From Klebsormidium nitens (Eukaryota > Plantae > Klebsormidiophyceae), in NCBI GenBank assembly GCA_000708835.1, contig DF237203.1, forward strand, positions 1-64,000: DNA of 64,000 nt, read 5' to 3'. Position 1 is the stretch's first letter; every line of letters begins with the position of its first letter. Of this stretch, positions 1-12,840 are shown piece by piece. The translations under genes were made by a program, and so were the position numbers. Below the pieces are notes generated by a model. It saw only the letters and a list, made by a program, of their open reading frames with translations, was not told the DNA's origin and ran no database searches.

Positions 1-428
1 CTGTGGGTTTGAGCGGTTAGACTTAACCATAGCCCAAACGTCACATTCATAGTTAGGAATGCTCGGTGAGAGCTAGGGCGCTTCTGTTGTAAAGGCGCTT
101 GTGTGTAAGGGTGGTTGAACTCCTTGTAAGGATCCAAGCATAAGCGTTTGATTTCAACACTCGTTACCTGCGGGCCCATTCCAAAAGGGGTAGCCACATC
201 GGAGATACATGTACTATCTTGTCTTCACAAAAGATGGAGCAACCAGGCATCGACGCGGTTTTGATGACTGCCGCAGACTTCAGATGCTATTTTAAATCCT
301 ACGGCATCGGTGGTGAGCTCAGCAACTGATCATGAACGGGGACCCTAGTCAATAAATTGGGCAGGTAGAGCCAAGGTGACGCATTAGTTTTTCCATAACG
401 AAGGCAGTAATCTGGTGAATGCCGACCT

Positions 429-498
429 AGGTCAAGTGGCACCGTTCTTGTGTTCAGAGCCCAAGGTCAAGTGGCACCGTTCTTGTGTTCAGAGCCCA
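429..498. repeat. Perfect 35-bp tandem duplication
   Basis: AGGTCAAGTGGCACCGTTCTTGTGTTCAGAGCCCA occurs at 429-463 and again at 464-498 with no spacer. Confidence 0.95.
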
Positions 499-3400
499 TT
501 ATGGCTCGAATAGGCTACTATAAGCCGGGCTTGAACCATGGTGTCCTACGCATTTGCTAAAACAAGCGCCTTGCCTTCTTCTAGTGCTTTTGCATACTTG
601 AAAAGTTCGTCAGATTTGAACCAGATCTCTTACACTCGCATTTTGAGCTAGGTGAGTGTGAAGAACATCCCAATTTTGTTTGAATCTTAGCAAGGGGTTT
701 CCGTAACCCGGGTGCTGACGAAATACTACTCGCTAAACCTGGTGCCCTGATCGCATGATATAAGGAGGCATATTTCTGAGGTCGTGCAATATCACCTAGG
801 TGTCGCCACTTCGTCGATGATCCGTGTCTTCTACTCGACCACAATTGCGCTGGCCTAGCTAAGTTACGGACCAAGAGTACGAGCCGATCACCTCTCATCA
901 CACTTAACGTTCACGGGATAACCTAATCAAAACTCGAACTAGTATGCTATCGTTCCTTTCGTTGTTGCTGGATGACAACGTTAACGTAGCTTAGTATGCA
1001 CTAATAAGGGGTGGAGAAGGTCGAGCATCTTGTGCTAAACAAAATGAGGATATATAAACGAAAACGTTAGATTACCGTGTCTAACAATTCTTGCTCATTG
1101 CAAAGGGCATATTCAATGGCTCCGCCATATTATTAGAAATTGAAAGTAAATGTGTTGAGATACGGGCATTTAGAGACTGAATCTCTAAGTGATTCTAGGG
1201 TATTAGGATCATGAGGTCGACGGTAATTCGACGGTAACTAGACGTTACGGTTACACGGTGCGCGCAGGTTACAGCGTTACACCCGAATGACTTGGCGATC
1301 ACCGTCGAAATTGTGTGGGTTCGATAATGGCCGTCGAAGTATGGTATAGAGTGAAATTTTTTGTCTTACTAGGTGGCGGTTCACTGAGCTAGTGTGTACA
1401 CCTAGAAAATGGGCCGTGACTCGGAACACTCCATATACATTGTGTGAAGTTGATTGATTGAATCTCACTTCCAACAACACTGTGTTGTAAAGCAAATCCT
1501 CAAGATCCTCAGGGGTGCGGTGAGAGAGGATTTTAGCGGTGGATCACAGATGGCATTGAAGCTGGCAAACTTGGGTGCTAACACAATTGTAAAGTTGTGG
1601 GTGCACGAGGCATCTATCAAGGGCGAGCGTCCGGCGGAGGGTTCTAGCGGGCCGAGTCCAGGTCAAGAAGGGCAGAGACTTGGATACTGCCGCATTGTCT
1701 CTGCACGCACGCTTTTGGACAGCCCAAAAGCCATCTTCAAGGGCACTATCTCGGCTTGGAACCGTACCCTAATCTCAATTGAGGGTTGTATTCGTTTGAA
1801 GCTCAACCGGGTCGCTCCACAAGTGAGCAATAGATTCTACTCCCCACTGTCCTCTATTGTAGAATGGCGTTCAAGGACTGCAGATCGGAGCCACACAGGG
1901 GAGCCAAACAGGAGCTTCTTGATAGCATCGTAAAGATCAACAATTCGTTAATTCTGCATCCTTATTACTTTTGAAGAACAAGCTCCTTAGTCACAACCCA
2001 TATTATCGTCAAGAGTGTGTGAACTTTTAGATCATGTGAAAGCCTTGAAATTGATCTAATGAAATCCGCGGCTTTGATTCGAAGGAACATAATATATTAG
2101 CTTCCGATGGAGGCTACTTCTGATTAGGGCTACTCATCGAGGCTACTTGATCGAGCATGATCGCCTGGATATTTTGCATGAGTTTAATCTTACGTCTCCA
2201 TTGTCACGAGCAATTACCCCCAATAACCATGCGACAAGATCTCACTCCAGCATCGGCAACGCACAAGGTCGAGTTCGCCTACCACCGTACTCTGAGGACG
2301 GTCTGGGCTACGCTATCGATAGGGAACTTGGCAACAACGGGGAGCACGACGGATTCCTGAGAGCCACGAGCGACCCCGAGATGGCGGCATCTTGTTTCCG
2401 GTCTCAACAGACCAGTAATAGATAAAAAAGACTTCGGATTTCAGTCACATGCTTACACGAAGCACGATCAGCTAAGAAGAAAGAACTAGGAAAATTTGAA
2501 GCGATAGAACCAAGCGTAAGGTCCCCGTAGAGTTTTGTCGTTCAATACGGTTTGTGTATAACATAAATACAAAGTGACTCATTAAATCTAGCTTGACCAC
2601 TTGAAACGCTTTTCCAGAGATAGAGAAAAAGGTCGATATCCTCAATTCTTGCCTTCCCTTGGCGTCTTTCCATGGCCAAAGCCAGCAAAGATAAACTCTC
2701 CCAACAAATTTCGCTTCGAACGGCAACTCATGTATTGCCTTGCCTTGCAAGATGATCATGCGTTCTGCCGTCTTCCAACACAAGAATGCAGACCGTGATA
2801 TTGCACAGCATCACCAAGCTTGATGCCGGTACTCGTCTTGTTCAATTTGTGCATCGTCTTTGCAGCATGTTTGTCTCCTTCGCCCAAGGGAAAGAGCCAA
2901 ACATTTTATTCTCCTCGAACCCGGGAGATCAACCGGGAGCCACCTTTGAGGTCTGCGAATGGTTTACGATAACTACTCTGTGGGTGCAAAAGATGACCTC
3001 ACCTCCGATCCCAAATCTTGGAGCTTTGCGGTCAGTCCTAAGCACATCACATTCACTGTTCAGAAGCTCTGGTATCAGGGCACGGAGGTCGAAAAGCGGA
3101 GGTCGTTGAGCCTAGCATGCCAACCAGGTACTTGCTGCCCTTATCGCGGCGGAAGCATTACCGTACCGCCTGTCGGGGGGCGAGGGCCTCTAACCATGAT
3201 ACAAAAAGAAGGCCGACAACTCTTTTTCGATGTCCATTGAACCAGCAATGGAGAGTTGGAGGCTTCCGTTTACACGGATGGTTTTGGGACGGAGCACATA
3301 CTCAAGGCTGAAGTTGTGTTTGCTTGGATGGGTTTCATCAATGTATCGTGCGAATTGACGCTTTCAAGAAGGCTTGCGCCATTGCATTCGATCATGATGC

Positions 3401-5700
3401 GGAAGCGCAAGTCACCCCTTAAAGAATAAGTGAATCAACTTGAGCATAGCATACTCACGATCAGAACGACGTGGTTCTTGCACGAAATACGCCCATCGGT
3501 TCGGTGAGGTGCTACCAACCGAAACTTCCCTTGAAGTAAGGTGCTGTCTGTCAGAGGCAGTGGTGCGTTGACCTGAACGCACAATTTGAGCGCGCATTTG
3601 ATTGTCATTTGATTGTCTTTGGTCATCCAGCTGACTGCATGTTCTCTTTGCTCGTTCAGAAGCATTCCGAGCACATCAAGAACGTCTTCCATTCGGACCT
3701 AGTTTAGTTTGCAAATCTATCCGAATCTTACAACACATGGAACTGAGGTTGGAGACCATCAACTGTCTGATCCCAAATTGCTTAGACGTCACATCAAACG
3801 TTCTCAATGTGCTTTCGTTTAACATCCGTACTTGTAAGTCAAGTACTCTAGCAAACGACTCTTGCAAACAAGCAGGTTGAGTTGGCCATGGTACGGCCGA
3901 TCTGTTTCACCGTCCGCTTTTGGAGCTCAATCTCAAGAAACTCTTGCGGCCTTGCCCAGGGACCCGAGCATTGGGAGCCGCTTCTCCGCTTGGCCGTGTA
4001 CGTGGCGGAGTACACGCCCTTTGAAAAACGAGCTATTGTAACGGCCCAGTCGATGTTGAAGGACGTTTTGGCTTACGACGAGGCGGTCCAGAGGCTTTCG
4101 CCCGTCCCGCATCCTCAGGCGAATGGAGCGAGTGACCGCGACACTGAAGATTCTGCAACTTTTCAAAGAGGTCACCTGTTGATGGGGCACATCAAGGCAA
4201 TCAGCTACGTGGCCACGAGCGAATCCTGCAGGAGGACGAGCATTACACGCTGAGGGATCCCACGGACCGATCTCGCAAATGTCTCGAGCTCCACGACGCT
4301 GGCCACAAAAAAAAGAAGGAACCGGGGCTGAGAACTTCTTCAAAAGCAGAGCCAACAGATCAAGCATAGGTCGAACAGGCAATACTACGAAGACAAAGGC
4401 AAATTCCGCTTACGCGATTGAAGAGGTTACGACAACTGCTACGGTTGCCATTTTTGCGACACTTAGAAACGGACTATGAGGCTGCTATCATATGTGCTCG
4501 GATATGCTATACTCCTTATGCTCGAAAAGCAAAAAGTTTCTCGCTGAAGCTCGGCTTCACCAACGACGCGGAAAAGTTCTATGCGGAGTACGGGATCTCG
4601 ACACGCAAAGAGTGGGCGTGCAAGGCGGGGCCCACTCCGTAGTGGCGAGAGTATAACTGGAGGAGAGAGGATAGAGAGCGTTTGAAGCGTTTGAAAGGGC
4701 TCCCGCGCATGCAGGCCGGACCGAGAATCAAGACCAAGAGGGCCGCCCTCTAGCCGGCCACAACGGCAAAGGAATTTGGTAGAGTCGACATGACCGCCGC
4801 GCTTGATACCAACGATTGATTGTTAGCTCTCGGGGTAGCTGATCTGTGCCACAGATTGGCGTATGGGCACAATATTGATGTGACGTGATTAAGGGAGTTA
4901 ATGTTAATCACGCCGCCGAAACGTTCGTAGAGGGCAAGATAGTAAATGCTTGGTTAGCAACGTGACGTTTGCGGACAGCATGATCTTGCGAGACTATGAC
5001 ATGACCAGGGTGGCTTGGCATGGTGCATCATGCCAGCGCGAAAGCTACTCTGTGGTCGTAAGTATGCTCCCGAAGTAGCCGGACGAAGGTCTTATACGTG
5101 ACTAGATGCAGGCTTGGGCAATGCTCGAAGACCGCCTCTCTATGATGCGGAACTTCGCTGAACGCGAACAGGAGCAAGAGCTAGAATTAAACTTGCGGGG
5201 ATCCTTGGAGACAAATCCCAACCAGCAAGCAGAATTGTCTTGAGAGGAAAGACATCGTTTTTACAGAGTTGCGCCTTCGTTCAAGAACGGGCCTGCAACC
5301 ATGGTTCCCGCACATGACTGCTGTGACATATCGTGCCAGCGCTTCGCTGGCCAGACGTCACAAAGACAAAACGGGGTAGGGGCAGGGAGGCCGTCCCGCT
5401 TCCCACACCGCAGCTTGGGGCGACGCGCCGTAGGACTCACCGGGCATGACAGCCTCGTACACATCGTGCTGCAAGGTCGTCACATATCGATGATGGACAT
5501 TGGCCTTCCGGGCTGCGAAGCGATGGCGCTCCACTACCTCAGTGTCGTCCAAGGCAATGTATTGGTAAACATGTCGTCCGCCTTTATGACTGCATGACGC
5601 AGCTAGGACTTATTGACGGTATTGAGCTTGGGGCACCAGGCGCTGCTCCAGGGTTTGCTGTCACGGTCGTTGGTCTCTATCTGAGTTGGCGTTGATGTTG
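489..5700. pseudogene. Decayed coding-like region of unknown origin (possible old TE or gene relics)
   Basis: Short protein-like frames are broken by stops and frameshifts. Examples: minus 629-489 EIWFKSDELFKYAKALEEGKALVLANA*DTMVQARLIVAYSSHNGL*, and plus 2959-3240, 3882-4253 and 4418-4642. No consistent exon chain and no recognisable domain. Boundaries are approximate. Confidence 0.3.
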
Positions 5701-6191
5701 ACATTTAGGCTACCGCGCCGCCGGAATGCTCTGGACGGGCACTAACCTGAAGAATGGGGGCTCGAGTTAAGCCCACAGTGGTTATACTAGAGCTAGTCGG
5801 AATTTTGAGAGGAAAAGGGGGAAATGTTGGACAGGGTCGGGATTGAGCTCCACCGGCTTTTGGCTGCGGGCTAAGTGGGGCGTCGACACGTGATCCAAAA
5901 GCCCAGGGGACACATTTGCGGTCTCCTCCGTGATGAAATTTTCACAGCCACGGCCAGTAAATCCGGATCGAGGAACTTAAGAGGGAAAATAGCGACGCAT
6001 GTGCGGCCTGAAGTTCGGCCCGTGGTCGCCCCCTCGATAGCGGCGTCGTACAGTGACAGCGCCTATTTTGTGATCATAACTCTACGGCTGTTCGCCATTT
6101 TCAATAACACGCGACCGCTCGCGCACACACGGGGAGCGCAAAGAACAAGAACGCCAAGATCGCAATGGCATGCCAAAAACCTAACCTATAA

Positions 6192-6211
6192 NNNNNNNNN
6201 NNNNNNNNNNN
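6192..6211. other. Assembly gap (20 N)
   Basis: Run of N. Confidence 1.
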
Positions 6212-6558
6212 CGGCTCTCCTTATGCGTGGCGAGTGCGGCCGCGACACCGAGCGTCGCCGTCGGGCTCCGACGTCGGATCTCCACATTCCCACCGGACAT
6301 TGGCATGATGACGTGGAATGGGCCCATGATGGACCGGGGCAGCCTTGCCACTGCTCAAGCTTGAGGCTTGAAATTGAGCAAGGTCCGTGACCTGGTGGGA
6401 CCCTTTCCCGTTGCTCTTCGTCTCGGCAATGCTGTCCGTCAGCTGGCAGTGGTCGGGTGCCTTTGAAGGGCGAAGTGAGTGGTCGATGGTGGCTCGAACT
6501 GAGCCTGTTTAGCATCTTAGATGAGCATATTACATTGGTGGGATAGGGACCCATAGCA

Positions 6559-9232
6559 ATGGCGAGCGCTCTTCAAACTCTTGCAGGGAGCTCGTTGAGA
6601 TCTATCTGCACGGGCCTGGATAGATTTGCAAGTGAATTTACTCCGCAACAACACAGCGGATATCAGGCAAGGTGTGCTTTGTTGTATAGCGGGAAGGATG
6701 GGGACAGAGTGAGGCTTTTCAGACGCAGCAGGCTGGCCTCAGTGGGGCGCTTGAGGGCGGTAGATGGCAGTGGGCAGACTGGGGATGCGGAGAATGGGAT
6801 GCCAAAGGTGAGCGAGGCGTGAGTTTGCTGCAGGTGCGCAAGGCGAAAGAGTATGTCTCATTCGATTATTTTGTCAGAGTTGCTCAGCTCTCTCCGCAAA
6901 TAATCACTTGATTTAAGCCAACCATCAGAAAATGTTGGTTTCTTTGAGAAGATCGCTATCGTCCTGACGTGGCCGTTTTCCCTCCTTGCCCATAGGCCTC
7001 TACAAAGCATTTCAGTTGGCCCATGCTCCGTAGTCAAGGAACTTCAAGAAGAAAGAGTTGAGAGCGGCATTCTGTAGTTGATTCATCAAGAGCGGCGTTT
7101 TCTGGGTGGAGTCATTTGCTGAAGTTGCAAGCACAGACAGAACTGACCTGTGTGCTCTCAGCAGCCCTCCAGTCTTCGCTGGGTCAGCACTTCTTGTTGG
7201 TCTGCTTTCGCGAAGAAGCAACCCCAGTATACATCCTCTTTCTGCTGAACTTCCTGCTGTTGTCAGGGGTTGCAATAGGGGCCATTTGGAGCCTGCATCT
7301 CTACTTGACTCCATCAACGAACTAGCCTCGGCCTCTTCATTAACTAAAACAGCTGTTGTCCACTTGTTCTCCGTTGTCTATACATGACATTCAAGTCCGC
7401 TTGTCGTCTCCTTATCTGGGACCAAAGCATACTGATGCATCCGACAGTTTCTGACATCAGCCGACCCCTGCCTCAGGACCTCGTTCGCTCCCTCATCCCC
7501 AAGGCGAGCAGCGCCCCTAAAGACCCCTCCGCCGGTCTGTGGGTCCAATGCGAGTCCTGCCAGGCGATGCTGTACGTCAAAATCCTGAAGCAGAACAAGC
7601 GCATCTGCGACCAGTGCGGCTCGCACCTCCCGATGAGCTCTACCGAGCGCATTGACCTGCTGATCGACCCCGGCACGTGGGCGCCGCTCGATGAGAACAT
7701 GATGTCCAAGGACACGCTCGGCTTCGTTGATGAAGAGAACTACTGCGATCGGCTGATCGAGTACCAGAACCGCACCGGCATGACCGACGCCGTGCAGGTT
7801 CGTCGCGCTTGTTACTTGTTACTGCTGTTCTGTGGCGCTTCCTGTCTATGATAACTCTGTAGTTTTGTAAAATAGTCTGTCGGAATCATCCTTTCCTTTT
7901 TCTTCAGAGCCATTTACGCCATTTCTTGACGTTTTTGTGCAGACTGGCACAGGGAAGCTGTACGGGGTTCCGGTTGCGCTCGGCGTAATGGACTTCCAGT
8001 TCATGGGGGGGAGCATGGGGTCAGTGGTCGGAGAGAAGCTGACCCGCCTGATTGAGCATGCGATCCACCTCAAGCTGCCGCTGATCATTGTGTGCGCATC
8101 GGGAGGCGCGCGCATGCAGGAGGGAACGCTCTCCCTCATGCAGGTGCGCCGTTGCGCATTTGTTGGCTTTGATTCTGGTCTTAGTTCGTCCATATCAAAG
8201 TTGGCTCTTTCTTTTTCAACTCAAAAGTGCAGCTTGCTATCCGCTTAACTCCGTCACAGAATCAGAGTCAAAGCCAGTTTAGGGTGTTTCGACATCAGTC
8301 TTGGCTAGTTGGCTGGAAGTTTGAGCATGTGGACTTCGATATCAACACTCGTCGAAGTACCTAGTCTATCGCACCTGTTTACATCGATTGGAAATCGTAC
8401 GAGGTTCTTCTCGAATTTGATGTCGGGTTTGATCCTTTTCCCCTGGCGGTTGATGTCCTGTTAGATATCTAAAAGACGGGCAAGCAGATGGCCAACAGTG
8501 ATTAAGTCTGGGCGAGATTCGCGGACCAGATGCCTCGACTTTGAAGATTGAAGGTCCGATGCTTTGGCAGCAAAAAGCGAGCGCAAATCTTCTGCTCCAA
8601 GTTTCCCGATATTCCTAGCCTACAGTTAGCTTGCGCACTGCGCACACACTGCATCAAGATAGAATCGGCGGTTGATTGCGATTCTCTCAGTAACTCGATG
8701 CCAACCGTGAATCAGGTGAATGTCGGTGAGCGGATGTTCAAACTTCCCACTCTGCACGTTTGAGCACATCAAGTGAGTCATTCGAGCTTCGCCTATGACA
8801 CTGCTCCTTCAGCCTTGACCAGCCTTTCCCCAGGGTTTCCAACGAGAGTGCAACCTTGAAATGCAGATGGCCAAGATCTCGTCGGCGCTGCACATCCACC
8901 AGACAAAGATGGGCCTGCTCTACATCGCGGTGCTGACGTCACCCACCACCGGTGGTGTCACCGCCAGCTTCGGCATGCTGGGTGACCTCATCCTCGCGGA
9001 GCCGGAGAGCTACATTGCGTTTGCAGGCAAGCGCGTGATTGAGCAGACGCTGAACCAGGAGGTTCCTGAGGGCTTCCAGTCCGCCGAGTCGCTGTTCAAG
9101 CACGGCTTGTTGGACATGATTGTGCCGCGCCCCATCATGAAGGGCGTCCTCGGGGAGCTGCTGCAGCTGTACTCGCTCGCGCCCAAGCGGCGGAAGGAGG
9201 CCGCAATCCCGTACCCGGTGATCTCGCACTAA
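6559..9232 (+). CDS. accD: Acetyl-CoA carboxylase carboxyltransferase beta subunit, plastid-type but nuclear-encoded, with predicted transit peptide
   Basis: Exons 6559-6807, 7477-7797, 7943-8143, 8867-9232; all introns GT-AG and phase 0; about 378 aa. Motifs: zinc finger LWVQCESC...[56 protein letters not shown]. Linking exon 1 ([12 protein letters not shown]...RLRA) to this gene is inferred and less certain than the core. Confidence 0.93.
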
Positions 9233-10031
9233 GCGCATACTTGGGGATCCCATTGGGCGTGGGTGAATGATAATCCATCATTAGCAAGGCCGAAGCGTTT
9301 TGCGTGGAAGGACTTCTTTAAGACGAATCTGTTTCACACCGGTCAGTTGTGACATTGTTTTGGATGCTTTTGGGAAAGGAGACTGGTACAGCATAGTAGG
9401 ACTTCAAAATCTGTAAAATTCATCAAACCGCAATGTGTTGAAGATTGTGTAGCTTGGCTAGAGTCATTCTCGTCAAACATGATTGCGTCGACATGTTGTA
9501 CCAGAGTCTCACGCAGTCACCCCATTGATTGAAGGCCAAATATTCGTAATCGGAGCTCGTGGAAGTGAACCTGAGTACTGTAGTATTGCGGGTCCCATGC
9601 TTGCTGCAGCCTCCCAGACGGCTCGCCTTGGGCACTTGCACAGTGCACGTATGCAATTCATGCCTGCAGCATGTAAGTGGCGCGATGGCTCATTGGGGAC
9701 AGAGCTGCATGGTGGCGGGAGACCCCGGCGGCTGCCGGGAATCCGCGGTATGCAGCTCGTGTCGAATTGATTGCAGGCCACCATCTCATCATGCAAAGTA
9801 CGACGTCTCTGGATCCTCTCCCATCACGACATCAACGTTCGGTTTGATTGGAGTAGACATACGCGTCAACCTTGCGGGCCCGCGCAACATGTTTCGGTTC
9901 TGGTAGCTACAGCTCAAATTAATGCCCTACATAGAGCTGGGCATTGACACCACTCCCGGAATCCGCATGCCGGTAGCGCCTGGTTCCACAATCCCATCGA
10001 ATTCAGCATGCATGTGAGTCCATGAATGATG

Positions 10032-10729
10032 NNNNNNNNNNNNNNNNNNNNNNNNNNNNNNNNNNNNNNNNNNNNNNNNNNNNNNNNNNNNNNNNNNNNN
10101 NNNNNNNNNNNNNNNNNNNNNNNNNNNNNNNNNNNNNNNNNNNNNNNNNNNNNNNNNNNNNNNNNNNNNNNNNNNNNNNNNNNNNNNNNNNNNNNNNNNN
10201 NNNNNNNNNNNNNNNNNNNNNNNNNNNNNNNNNNNNNNNNNNNNNNNNNNNNNNNNNNNNNNNNNNNNNNNNNNNNNNNNNNNNNNNNNNNNNNNNNNNN
10301 NNNNNNNNNNNNNNNNNNNNNNNNNNNNNNNNNNNNNNNNNNNNNNNNNNNNNNNNNNNNNNNNNNNNNNNNNNNNNNNNNNNNNNNNNNNNNNNNNNNN
10401 NNNNNNNNNNNNNNNNNNNNNNNNNNNNNNNNNNNNNNNNNNNNNNNNNNNNNNNNNNNNNNNNNNNNNNNNNNNNNNNNNNNNNNNNNNNNNNNNNNNN
10501 NNNNNNNNNNNNNNNNNNNNNNNNNNNNNNNNNNNNNNNNNNNNNNNNNNNNNNNNNNNNNNNNNNNNNNNNNNNNNNNNNNNNNNNNNNNNNNNNNNNN
10601 NNNNNNNNNNNNNNNNNNNNNNNNNNNNNNNNNNNNNNNNNNNNNNNNNNNNNNNNNNNNNNNNNNNNNNNNNNNNNNNNNNNNNNNNNNNNNNNNNNNN
10701 NNNNNNNNNNNNNNNNNNNNNNNNNNNNN
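10032..10729. other. Assembly gap (698 N)
   Basis: Run of N that hides the 3' end of the retroelement. Confidence 1.
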
Positions 10730-12146
10730 AGAAAAGGTAACGTTCAGCAGAGTTACAGTTCTTGAGTCGAAGATAATGTTCGCGCGCGGAAAGACCAGAC
10801 TGCGGGGCAGAGGGTTTTCGAAGAGCCTGTAACCATTCTTCCTGGTCTAAGTTAGATACTCTGCGTTTACACTCGCGTTTCAGAGCATAAGGGAACTGCA
10901 TCAATGCTAGAGGCAAGCCGTGGGTCCACCAGGACTCCGCACCCAATTCAACGAGAGTTTCGTAAGTTTCTTTACACCAGCAGGATGGAGTAGAGGTCGG
11001 GGGAAATACCGAAGTACTGGAGGCATCGAAGTGGGCGACTGCACGGATGAACACTTTTTTAGCAAGGCGATCATCAGGAAGGCGGAGAAGACGGGCAAAA
11101 AACCGAAGTTTGGCAAGGCGCAAATGCGATTGGACGGACAACCACCCAAGATCGCCATAGACAGCTTCACGAATGACGTTAGAGTCACCAGATTTGCCAA
11201 GTATTTGACGACCTGCAGAAGTTTGTGCTACTTCCAGAGACTCTAAGGCGGATGCACTAGGGGCGGACCAGACCTCCGAGCCGTATAACAAGCGAGAGCG
11301 GGCGAAAAGACCCCAGAGAGTAGACAAGTGCCCGACAGTGAGCCCTTGTTCGGGGTTGTCGGTGAAAGAGTACAGGTGTCCCATGCTGTGGCGACACTTT
11401 TCGATGTTATTCCGGATTGCATTCAACCAATTGCCTGACTTGTCAAACTCAATCCCAAGATACGTGTAGGAGGCAACGTCCTTGATAATACGACCTCCCA
11501 AATGCCAGGAGCGGTCTTTCAACGTTCGGGTCTCGCAATGGCCAAGGCTCACGACTTTCGACTTGGTGGCAGAAACTGTGAAGCGCCATTTACCAAAAAA
11601 TTGGGTGGCAATATCCATCATCGCTTGCAAGTTAGCTTCCGAGTCAGCAATGAGAACAATATCGTCAGCGAAGAGAAGACAACCAATTCGAAGCCCAAAG
11701 AAATCAACGCCCATGTTTACAGCATGTAGTGCATCCACCAACGGGGATATCAGGAGGGAGAAAAGGAACGGTGACAATACAGCTCCCTGCCGAGTACCAG
11801 CTTCAACGGGAAACCAGTCTGACAAACCGGAGTTAGTGAGAAGGGCTGAGGAGCAGTCAATGTAAAGCGATTGAATGAGGCGAAACATTTTGCCAGTGAC
11901 GTTTGCTTCGTGAAGTCGTCGCCACATTCCTTCCCGCCAAGAGGAAGGGAAAGCAGATTCCAAGTCAATGAAGCTTAAAAATGTGGTGGTCTGTTTCATT
12001 TGTTTTCGAGCATCTAAGATCTCACGAAGGATGTAGGCTTGTTCCAAGGGTGAACGGCCTTTTCGAAAGCCAGCTTGCTCATCGGGGAACAGTTCGGACT
12101 CATCTGCGTAGCAATCGAGGCGTGTGAGCATAATCTTTTCGAAGAC
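10730..12146 (-). mobile_element. 5'-truncated non-LTR retrotransposon (LINE), reverse transcriptase ORF
   Basis: Uninterrupted intronless frame with RT motifs QAGFRKGRS, FIDLESAF, GTRQGAVLSPFLF, LLFADD, YTYLG and LLYGSEVW. Similarity starts abruptly at VFEKIMLTRL (about 12146) and no endonuclease lies upstream. Clade (RTE/RTEX/L2-like) is uncertain. Confidence 0.93.
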
Positions 12147-12840
12147 ATGAATGATCGTTCAATATAGCATCTCACATGAAGAAAAAGTGACCGTCGGATA
12201 TCCTGTACGCGTCTCAAACTCGGATACTTGAAAAGTTGCAATTTGTCGTTAATATCATGTGCAACGTGGTTGGATGCCAGCGACGAGCAGCATTCATAAG
12301 TTACGATGATTTTGAGATTTTTTGGAATCACTTGATTCGATATCAAAAGCTGCGCGAAACGGCCCAGGGTGGTAGCACACGGTTGGATGTCAGGCAGTCC
12401 CCGACTCAAGAAGCACCACACCGGCTGGCATGCTGTGATCGGGTGCTGCTGCTGAGGGCACCGGGTGGTGAGGCATGCCTCGAGCATGGAACTTCCAACC
12501 TCGCCTCGTGTGACTCAGTGTCCTCCTAAAAGCGGAGCTGAAGCCATTCCGGTCTGAGCTACTGTTACAGTCTGTGAGGGCCCCGTTCGAGAGTGTCCCT
12601 CATGGAAGAAGGATCAGAGGTGGCTGTGGTGCACTGGGCAATTGGAGCACTCCTTCTTATCAGTCTTGCACCTGAGCTCCGACGGTAGAGACTCAGAGGA
12701 TTGCTTACTGATCCTAAGAGCTTAGGCGGGTTTTTCGAATGCAGTAACGATGCAAGACTACATCTATTTTCTCTTTTCGGTCGATCATGGTCTGCGATAG
12801 GGAGATCCTGTTTGTGCGTGCTGACTGGTGGTGGAAGCGT

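Noticed and set aside
429-498. 35-bp repeat as a CRISPR array
   Set aside because: Only two copies, directly adjacent with no spacer, in a eukaryotic context with no cas genes.
9927-10832. ORF-track ORFs of 734, 247 and 268 aa running through the N gap
   Set aside because: The open frames are artefacts of N translating as X. Only 12146-10730 is supported RT sequence.
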